DNA of 64,000 bases from Chrysomallon squamiferum (taxonomy: Eukaryota; Animalia; Mollusca), in assembly GCA_012295275.1 (NCBI GenBank), contig CM022673.1, positions 3,906,001-3,970,000 of the forward strand, given 5' to 3'. Below are positions 54,149 through 64,000 of the stretch, one piece after another. The notes below the pieces were generated by a model that made no database searches, had not been told where the DNA came from, and saw nothing but the letters and a program-made list of their open reading frames with translations. Position 1 is the stretch's first letter, and the number at the start of each line of letters is the position of its first letter. The translations under genes were made by a program, and so were the position numbers.

Positions 54149-54257
54149 GTATGTGTGTTTTATTATATATATATCATTTGATTTTATTTTTATTGTAATT
54201 TTACCATCATTGTCATCATCTTTATCATTATTATCATTTTCATCATCGTCATCAACA

Positions 54258-54296
<39 letters not shown>

Positions 54297-54529
54297 CCAG
54301 AGTGTATCTTTTTGACGATTTCTTGTCTCAAGAAGAATGTGATGGTTTACGAGATGCTCACGACCGACACGTGGAAGAAACCAGCAAACTGTCACCAATC
54401 TTGTGTTTCGACAGCGTCACCACACTGAATAAACATCTCAAAGACGCCAAGAAAAAGATAAAAGTCACACCTAATGTGTTTACTGAGGGTACCTTCTGCT
54501 GGTGATATTTCTTCATTATGATTTTGTTT

Positions 54530-54585
<56 letters not shown>

Positions 54586-56677
54586 ATATATATATAGTAG
54601 TAGCTCAAGCAGTGGTAGTAGAAGTAGTAGCAGAAACATTATATGCAGCTTAAGCAACAGGAATGGAATAATATTTATTAGTTTTACTTAATGGAATCTT
54701 ACTCAGTGTTAAACAAGAAGGTATTACATCGTACAATACGGATATTTTCAAATGTTATTTATTAACTGTTTCATTTTAATTGTCAGGTACAAAATGTGTC
54801 AATGCAACATTTTCCAATCAGCTATCGCAGTGGTTTCACTCAAACTGGAGTTACAGCACTGCGTTTTATCCTGGAGAAAACAAATTTTCTTATGCTTTTG
54901 CCGATCGAGTCCAGCAGGCGATGGGATTAGATCCTGATAACGGCGGTAAAATACAACTAACATCTTATCCAGTAGGAAAGGGTATGTGCAATACAGTATT
55001 TTAAACTGTCTCTCTTTCTCTTTGTTAGACAGACAAGTACGCACAAGCGAGACTAAGACAAACATATATCAGGTAGTTCAGTAATTCAGTAGGTTTTATG
55101 ACCACTAAAATTTTGGAACAAGTGTAGATCAGATTATTGTTAAAAGTGAAATTCGAAAGTTGAGGGTTTTTTTTATCAGCAGTGGGTGATGTCGCTACGA
55201 TGTGTAAAAAATGCATTCAGTCGACTGGATATGAATCTCCGTTTGATGAAGTCTGTTCCTTTGCTCTCACGGCGACTGACCAAGTCCCGTTAACGTGACT
55301 GGCGGCCTTTGACGCTGATGTACACAAATTCCTGTCAAATCCCAGACTGGAATTCATGGCATTCGTTAGATGTTGTGCTGCTATCGCCAAATCTATCATG
55401 AAATCGCATTGTGACTTTGGCAGACCGACTGTGCCCGTCAAGGATATACGCCTATACTTACACATTCTTTCATATAATTATGAGAAAATGATTCCAGTTT
55501 TCTATGTAGTTTTTTTGTTGTTGTTTTTTTTTTTCGAATAAAAAAAAACAACGATTTGTTTGCAGCATACAAGACGCACACAGACTGTACAATTGATGGC
55601 GTTGACAAACGGGATCGTTTCGCCACGGTTTTGGTGTATCTGTCGGACGTCAAAAAAGGCGGGGAAACCAAATTTCCAGGTAATTCTCTTTGTTCCTAGA
55701 AATACATGAATATGCATTCTTTATTTTTAATAAAATCTGTACAGTTTTGAAAGAATAATAAACTATTATTATTATTATTATTGTTATTATTATTATTATT
55801 AGATAAGATAATCATTATTTCAATTTTGTATATTGAAACATAATAGAGTATAATTATGTTTTGTAACATTGTTTTATTATTATTATTTTTTTAATACTAA
55901 GGGTAGAAACAAAATACTGAAAAAAATATTCCTGGTATTTCAAAGTGGTAAATTTTAAACCAGATATCTGATAATAAACAAAATAATAATTCACGTCAAC
56001 TCTTTGTTTTTTCAGCTACAGAATACGAAAGGTATTGCATTCCAGTCGCTTAAACTCCTTCAGTTATTATTAGAAAACTTTATTCGGGAATAACTATTTT
56101 TATTTTTCCTCTTATTTTTCATAAACATCAGTAAGTGCTCATTCTAGTGTATGGTCATGAATAACTAATGTCGAAGCTTATACATGAATAACAAACAAAC
56201 TGTTGCAATACGCAGATCTTGGAATATGGGTAAAACCACGTAAAGGCCGAGCATTAGTCTGGAACAACATGGACGAGAATGGAAAGTGTGATCCGTTGTC
56301 AGCCCACGTGGCGTCTAAAGTAGAGGAGGGACAAAAATATGTTTTAATAAGATGGTATGTCAGTATACCGAATTACTTCTCTTTCTTTTTCTTTTTTTTT
56401 CTTTTTTTGTAGTGTTCTTTTAAAAATATTTTTTTACAAATATTTTCATTATGGTTATTAAATTTCGGATTAATATCACGCTAGTAATTTATGTATTCAT
56501 GCTGACTGCAACTTTGATTTTCTTACCGTTTTTAGTTTTTTTCTTTTACAACCATTGCTGTTGCTGCTACTATTACAGCTACTACTACCATATTAACTGT
56601 GTTGTTGTTATGGTGATGATGATGAATATATTATTATTATTACTATTATTTTCATTATTATTGTTGTTGTTGTTATT

Positions 56678-56751
<74 letters not shown>

Positions 56752-56955
56752 TATTATTATTATTTAAACAGGTATTATTATAAAAACTTTTACTCTCTCG
56801 GGAAAAGACCAGCCGAGCCGGAATTGCCTCGTCGAATACCCGGCGCACCTAAAGTTTCATGTGACGAGTATGAAATGGGCAGCTGCCGATGGTATGACGA
56901 ATGGAATTACGATCACTTGTTAGATTACGAGCGTCAGAAGCTGACACTTATATAA
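53434..56955 (+). CDS. Type II membrane prolyl 4-hydroxylase-like 2OG-Fe(II) dioxygenase (6 coding exons, ~511 aa after one frame correction)
   Basis: join(53434-54148 [frame break ~53971-53977], 54301-54488, 54787-54981, 55566-55679, 56216-56354, 56772-56955). It has a TM helix (VILLIIIGICIIGFLFY), FDDFLSQEECDGL, HTD (HxD), ATVLVYLSDVKKGGETKFP, VKPRKGRALVWNN, a distal His (SAHVA) and a 2OG-binding Lys (KYVLIRW). Confidence 0.88.
54301..54488 (+). CDS. P4H-like coding exon 2 (VYLFDDFLSQEEC...VFTE)
   Basis: ttcccag| ... G|gtacct. Confidence 0.9.
54787..54981 (+). CDS. P4H-like coding exon 3 (TKCVNATF...SYPVGK)
   Basis: tgtcag| ... G|gtatgt. Confidence 0.9.
55170..55470 (+). other. Coding-like insert in P4H intron 3, possibly a decayed transposase fragment
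   Basis: GC-richer island that reads ~95 codons with one TGA and a CKKC motif. Its identity is not established. Confidence 0.3.
55566..55679 (+). CDS. P4H-like coding exon 4 (YKTHTDC...GGETKFP; HxD iron ligands)
   Basis: ttgcag| ... G|gtaatt. It is absent from the ORF track in this frame. Confidence 0.92.
56216..56354 (+). CDS. P4H-like coding exon 5 (LGIWVKPRKG...KYVLIR)
   Basis: acgcag| ... TG|gtatgt. Confidence 0.92.
56630..56762. repeat. (TTA)n/(ATC)n microsatellite directly before the last P4H exon
   Basis: Read directly from the sequence. Confidence 0.95.
56772..56955 (+). CDS. P4H-like terminal coding exon 6 (YYYKNFYSLGKRP...CRWYDEWNYDHLLDYERQKLTLI*)
   Basis: aaacag| acceptor, open to TAA at 56953-56955. 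Confidence 0.88.
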
Positions 56956-57699
56956 TTTTAGACACACACTTAGAACATTAATAAACATTGACAGTCACAT
57001 ATTAAAACTTCTTTTTTTACCTGACAAGGATTGTCTGTTGTTTGTATGTAGTGCTAGAAAACTGTTGTGAAGAAAAAGTTACATTTTGACCGTTTCCAAG
57101 GATAAAAAAATTAAAATAAACGGAAAATATTTTAGCCAGTAATGCAAATAATAATAATAATAACAATAACAATAACAATAAAATAAATAAATAAAATAAA
57201 ATAAAATAATGAATAAATAAATATAAAAATAATGAATGAATGAATGAATGAATAAAGAAAGAAAGATAGATAATACAGGTAAATTATTGAATTCAGTGAA
57301 ATTATGTCTTTATTTATCATCTCTAATTTGGTGGTAAAATTAAAGAAATTAAAACAAAATAAGAAACTAAGAAGGAAACATGTTATTAGTGTTTATCAAA
57401 AATAACAATTAAACGATGGTCTATAACGCCAGAAGATACTAACAACACTGTTCCAATCTCTCGTCACTCCGGCACAAAATCTCAAACATATATTTGATCA
57501 GTCATATTATATGCAATACTTCATCAGAAATTACAATGATAAACATGCCTTCGAAATCTTAGTAAATCGTTCTAAACTTTTTGATACAATGTATGAAATG
57601 CTTTAATGTGATTTTATTATTTATTTATTTAATATTTAATAACGTACGTATATCTTGTATCTAAGTTATCTAGCGCTGTGCAATGGATAAAAAGGATTT

Positions 57700-57800
57700 G
57701 AGAACTGCAGCGCCACTCAGTGGATTACTTACTCATTTAGCAAAGGATCTTTTGTATATGAACCTTGCCATAAAAATGACAGTACATGCCACATACATTG
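57700..57800 (-). mobile_element. Degenerate SINE core, reverse orientation
   Basis: ttagcaaaggatcttttgtatatgaaccttgcca is close to the reverse complement of tgggaaggttcatgcaaaagaatcctagct at ~2332-2360. Confidence 0.55.
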
Positions 57801-57971
57801 ATAAACGAAAGCATGCTGCATGTCAAACTCCTAATTCAAATTTGACACAAAAAAACAACAACAAAAAAAACAACAAACGATGAATCATTTCGCCTTGTAC
57901 AAAAGATAAATTTTATTCTAATGCAAACAGAGCATGAAAAAAAAAATGTATATTTACAGCTACAATGACTG

Positions 57972-58004
<33 letters not shown>

Positions 58005-58849
58005 ATGACTAAAGTAATACAAGATATGTGCTATTTTCAGTTGTTGAAAAAGCAAGAAGAAAAAAATTGAATTCGAAACGAAGGAAAGTTGTACTCTTGT
58101 AGCACTATTCTTAAAAAAAAATAATAATAAAATAATAATAAAAATAATAATAATTCGTATATTCATCATGACAAAGGTTTTTTACACTAATATTTTTAAA
58201 GCGATCCTGTGACGTTTTAAAGTTTTGTTTTGGTCTCTTCCAACTTTGATTTGCTCACATTAAATAAAAATATAAACAAGGTTCATTCCTTGAACAGTTA
58301 GGAATCGATTCAGTCTTAATTAAATAAAAAACAAAATAAATAAAAAATTAATAATAAATAAATAAATATTACACATAAAATCATAACGATATTAATATAA
58401 ACAACCCTAATAATCACGTTTTCATTGCTGAACATAATATTTTAAATTACTAAAAAACACAAATGCTAAAAGAGATTCTTTTCGTCTTTACAGCCAAATA
58501 AAATAAAATTAGAAAAATGAGTTAATTTAAATAATTAATAACTTGTTAAATCAACATTAACACGTCACTATAAATTAATTTTAAATAAGTTTAAATAAAT
58601 TAGTCACCATAACAGTCCATGTTTTCTTGGCTAACTGATAAATACGTAAACTCGACAAGCCAGACATATTAATAACTTACGACAAGGTTACGTCAGTCGT
58701 AAAGCAGTGCAAACAATTATCGACAATGAACCACCAAAGTTAATTAAAATATTATTTATGACATAACTGTGAGGGCTTTTTTTTTTTTTTTCTGTTTTTT
58801 TCAGAATAAATATTTTAATACTTTCAGAATTAAGAAGAATAAATGTTAA

Positions 58850-58894
<45 letters not shown>

Positions 58895-59237
58895 CTCCTT
58901 TGTTACAGCCCAAATTTATTTTAAAGAAATAACACTGATTATCAAGATAAATAAAAATTTAAGAAAGTATGTGGAAAAAAATCTAACCATTATGACAAAC
59001 TTTATTACCAACAATCAGGCATAGTTTGTTAAACTCAAACAAATTAGTATTAAAAAAATGAATTTCTAAATTTATTTGCTGTAAATAGATAAATTAATTA
59101 ATAAATAAATAGAATATCAGCGTAAGCACTGGACAGTGTGAAAGAATATAAATGGTTCTTTTGGATTTCTGAATTTCAAACATTTTCTTTTGGGTTCCAA
59201 TGTTTTTGTTTAATGCACTATTATTATTATAATTATT

Positions 59238-59284
<47 letters not shown>

Positions 59285-60961
59285 AATTATTATTATTATT
59301 TAATCTAAGATTTTTTTTATCAACACCTTAGAATAAAAACGTTTTACTGTTCCCAAATAGCTTGTTATTTACAATGAATTTTTTATTTTTAACTTTTTAA
59401 CAGTAAAAATTAACTGAAGAATACTAAAATACAATAACAAAAGAAGCTATTATTTTAACACTGAAATGATATAAACATTCTTTTTTGTTTTTTTTTTTTT
59501 GCAACTTTTCTCAAAACTATTTTTTTTTTTTTTTACACCTTTAAAATAAATTAAACACAAAAACAAAAAAATAATTATAATAATTAAAAAAAAACATTTA
59601 GAAAAAAATGGCTTCAGTTTTACATTTGAAATAATGTTTATAAACACATATAATAACTAACCCCCAGCAATAAACAGGACTCAAATATTAAATATAAAAA
59701 AGTAATGAAAGAAATTTCTATAATATATAATATCAAAAAAAGTTTGACAGTTGAAAAAAAAAAAAACCAGTGACAGCAAGAATTTAAGAACACAATATTT
59801 TATACTGTAATACTGACAAAGTAAAATAATTTTTTTTTTTTTTTTTTTTTTAAATTATGCATTCTGCATCAAGACTGCCATTGTTGGCCAGTCTGGTTTC
59901 TTGAACCTGAGAAACTTGTATTTATTTACATGCAGTACACAGATGACATTGAAAACATCTAAAGAAATAAAATGAGGTAATAATCCAGAGAACTAAAGTG
60001 GTGGTTTCATGTACTAATCACACTGCTAACTGTCGATAAAATGATTCCCTGCAAGATAAATCATTAGGTAAACACCGCAGTTTCAGAACAAAAACACCAT
60101 AAGTAATGTTTGATTTGTTGTTGTCGCTTTATTTTAAAATATGTTTAAAAACGTAAGACAATTTCTCATTTTTATTATAACTTTTGTTAAATTACTTTTT
60201 CGTTTTTCAGTATTTTTGTTAAAAATATTTCATTATAAATACCATGTTTCAGTGTTATTTTATTAAACAATGAAACAAACTATGCAGAAAATTTTCAGTA
60301 ACTTAACAATTTTTTTTCAGAAATCCATTAAAAATAAATATAAAATTGCAAATGTAACATTTACATGTAAAAATCAGCCAGACTAAAAAGTAACTCATAT
60401 ACAATCACAAATTGTACTCAAGGGACATCATTTAGTCTTTTGAGGTCTCCTCTCCAGTCATTAAGGTTCATTTTCACTATGCAACACCGTCACTGCAGAT
60501 CATTTGTATTGAAAATTCCTGTAAGTCTTCCAGATCAGTATGTTTTCTTTATTGCAATAACACTGCCAACACCAAGATGTTGCATAATAATAACACTCCT
60601 TTAATTAAAAATACAAAAATGGTAACATTCCTTTAATTAAAAATATAATAAAGTAGAAATTTTTTTTTTTGATATGCAGAGATTCGCTGTTTTATTAGTA
60701 CATACGTCAAGGCACACATTAATAGCTGCAAACGTTTGCTTTTTTTTTCGCAAGCATGTACATTATTGAAGCTGCTCAAAGTTTTGTTGTTTTCTAGTCC
60801 ACCCACAAAGTGCACAATGATTTTGTATTTCACTTTTATGGAAACATTTAAAAAACAAATAATAATTTTAAAAAAAAGACAGAAGAGGAATGTGTAAAAT
60901 AATATGAATTACATGTTGCATTAAAAAAATAAAAATAAATAAATTTGGATTCTTCTTAAGC

Positions 60962-61237
60962 CGGCCATTAGAGATAATAAAAAATAAAAATAAAAATACA
61001 ACAAAAAAAACAATAAAAATATATATACATTTCTAGTTTTAATGCTTAGTATTATTTCTAAGCATTTAAAAACATCTTTTTTAAAGGCAAAATTAATAAT
61101 ATGAAAAGTATTCAGATGTTTAACAATATTTTATCTTTTTCTTTTTGTTGCTGTTTTAAAACTTTATTTAATTTTTATTTAACACAGCTGAGTATTTAGT
61201 GATTTAGTACATTCTCTGCTTCCATCTCTAATGGCCG
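60962..61237. repeat. Perfect 14-bp inverted repeat pair ~250 bp apart
   Basis: CGGCCATTAGAGAT (60962-60975) and ATCTCTAATGGCCG (61224-61237). Confidence 0.85.
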
Positions 61238-61932
61238 ATGCTGGTGTAATTCACTTTGAAAATAAACTTGATTACATGATGTTGTTCTACTTCTTACAGC
61301 ATTTAACAGAAGTAATGAAGTATTTTATACATAATGCAAATCTTTCCCAAATTGTTTATCAAATCAAGCAAAAATGAAATAATGATCTCAGTTTAGCTTA
61401 ACAGTCAAAAACATTTAATACAATTAAATGCAATAGGTATACTTTGAAAACAATGGATTCAGATGACAATTTTAAAAATAAAATGTCTCCATTTTGTTTT
61501 TACATGGCTTTTAATAATGGCATGCATCTCAACATTTTCATGTTTCAACAATTACAAAATTGGAATGGTTTATTCAGCAAGTTCCACCTAGTTTTGCTCA
61601 GATATTTGAAAAGTCACAGCGAAATTTATCCCCACTTTGTGCTCTCATAAAAATTTTTTCCTCAATCCAATCATTTCTGTTAGGGCTATTGAAGATTAAT
61701 TTCAAACATTAAGTATTAACATTCTATTTTTTGTTCCTTTTTCCTTTTTTTATTTTTTTTTTGAATTTCACAGACTTCTTCTCATGTCTTCTCAAGTTTA
61801 CTTTGCTATGAAGATTTTATTATTTTCTCTTTTTTTGGTCTGTGAAATGTTATAATGAATTGTAAATAAATTAGGTGTTTACAACCTTTGGCATTTTTGA
61901 AATTGATAAATGTAATAAGAATTACACGGGTT

Positions 61933-61963
<31 letters not shown>

Positions 61964-64000
61964 TTTTCAAAACATTTTGTTCTATTTTTGCTTTTTAATA
62001 AAAAATTGCTTGTATGAAACCACTGTATTACATTTTTTTTTCTTAATATTAAAAAAGCAACATTATGCATGTATAACATATTCAGTATTATTACCTGAAT
62101 CAAGTTTCACATTTCCAAACTTTGTTCCCACACACCAAACATAATATACTGCTTATAAAGAAATCAGTTACTTCACAAAGTAAATTTAAAAAAAAAATTA
62201 AAATTAAATGGAATGTTAAAAAGATAAATTTCATGTGCACTGACAGCCATGAGGGGTATCAAAGGATGAAATATGAACATAAATTAGACCAAAATACATT
62301 GTACTTCCTTTTTTTTTTCTCCTGACAAAATGATTTACAATAACTGCAGTATGTTGACAATATTCAATTATTAAAAAGGGTATTTACCTGTTGTATTACG
62401 CATTCTCAGCCCAGACACCCAGTGAAATGGAGTGCTATTAATGTAAAAAAAAAAAAAAAATAATATTGTATTCCAGAAATAACTATTCTCCAATTTCAGT
62501 TTGTAAATCTCCAGAAATAACTGTTCTCCCAGTTTGTAAATCTCTATAACCAGAGATCCCAAATAGCCTTCTAAAAAAAAAAAAAAAAAATTATAATATT
62601 TTTTTTTTACCATATTAAGAGGTAATCTTTATCCAATATGAAACAATTTACAGTGAAAATGTAAAGCAAGTCAAAATCATGTACAATGCTTATATTATCA
62701 ATGTACGAAATTTCATAACTTCAAACCTATTTGCTTCTATCATCATAACTTTTTTTGTAAGAAGATATACAAATTTGTGTTATGAAACAAAAAAAGATTA
62801 GAGAAAACTCAATTTTTCTTTAAACAGTGCTGAACTTTATCATGAAAATATTGAGTTTGAGTTTTTTTAAGAACAATAAGCATATATGCGCATATATATA
62901 TACATATAAACACACATATCCACATACACACATTCTGTATTCCTATTTTTATTCTAGCACAAAAAATTATAGTTGAAATCAACTAAAGAATGTTTAAATT
63001 TTTCCTTTATGGGAGCGACACACAAACACACGCATAGTCACATATACAAAATTGTATACAATGCTACAGTTTTTGGAAAATATTAAGACTAGATGTGAAT
63101 CAGATGATTAGATGAATTTGTACAGAACTTTTATAGTATTATGAAATAAAAATACAATGTTAAAAAAACAACAACCCAAAAACAAAAAAATTAAACAAAC
63201 ATCACAGCATAAAAAAATGAGAAACACTCAGATCTCAAAAACATTCACCAGCATACATTATAGAGACAGATAACAAAGAAAGGGAAAATTTAACATGAAA
63301 TAATTTTTTTTCAGTGTTTGCTTCAAATTAAGCATTTAGCACATACAAAATAAAGTAACTGATAATCACAGAGTACAAGCCAGTGTTCTCATTCCAGAAA
63401 AAAAAAAAAAAAAAAAATGCTACCAGGAAGTTATACTTAAAAAAAAAAAAAAAAAAATTAAAAAAATTGGTGTACTTCAATTTTAAAACTATTTCAAGAA
63501 ATAATAATAATAATAATAATAAACAACCAATTAATACTATTGTTTAGTTTAACATTTTCTGAAATTAAGATTAAGTTGTAGTATTTTTTAAAACATTAAA
63601 AAAAAAAAAAAAAAAAAAAAAAACCAACTGGTATAAATTTGAAAACTGGAAGGTGGTTTTTACTGAACTGAAGAGTACTATTTACATTTTGTATACAGCC
63701 AAATTTGTTTTTAAAAAATAGATATATATTTACATAAAGCTCATCACTGTACAATTTCAGATTATTGACAGCATTTTTCAAATCTCAAATGTCAATGTTT
63801 TGGGCACTTTTCTTTTGATTGCATATAGTTTTAGATTTTGAATATTTCTTATCTTTTTCTTTTTCTTTTTATTTAAAACCAGCTTTAAGTACAGAAAAAA
63901 ATATTAGAAAAAAGCAACAACCATATGAAAAGTAACTTCTTTCTTTACATTAAAGACTGTATCGGTTACTTTTAGGTTGGTTTGATAGTGATATTTAAAA

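Noticed and set aside
54149-54198. C-terminus of the 254-aa ORF 53434-54198 as a real single-exon protein
   Set aside because: The tail runs through a clear donor into intron sequence, and the conserved domain lies in the other frame.
55290-55305. In-frame TGA as a selenocysteine codon
   Set aside because: There is no redox motif context, no suitable donor to make the block an internal exon, and no SECIS recognised downstream.

Overview
AT-rich, microsatellite-laden eukaryotic (animal) genomic DNA. The SINE-like repeats resemble those I recall from gastropod molluscs, but that assignment is an inference. There are three protein-coding units. (1) The first coding exon of a vesicular glutamate transporter (VGLUT/SLC17A6-8 family) lies at 372-460 on the - strand, is missed by the ORF track, and continues out of the window to the left. 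Its upstream ~23 kb contains CpG-rich islands with homeodomain/SOX/CRE-type motifs. (2) A complete ANKAR (ankyrin and armadillo repeat-containing) gene lies on the - strand, with 19 coding exons (50726->30549) that join in frame to about 1439 aa. Two additional frame-preserving microexon candidates lie in one of its introns. (3) Head-to-head with ANKAR is a 6-coding-exon, type II membrane prolyl-4-hydroxylase-like 2OG-Fe(II) oxygenase on the + strand (53434-56955) with a single -1 frame break at an A7 run. The window also holds a candidate decayed multi-exon gene (TM + Cys-rich) at ~9970-13950, SINE relics, minisatellites (one built from a splice junction) and sharp CpG-depletion domains. No prokaryotic-type system (CRISPR, operon, rRNA/tRNA gene) is present, and I found no convincing wholly new system. 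All exon boundaries were read by eye.
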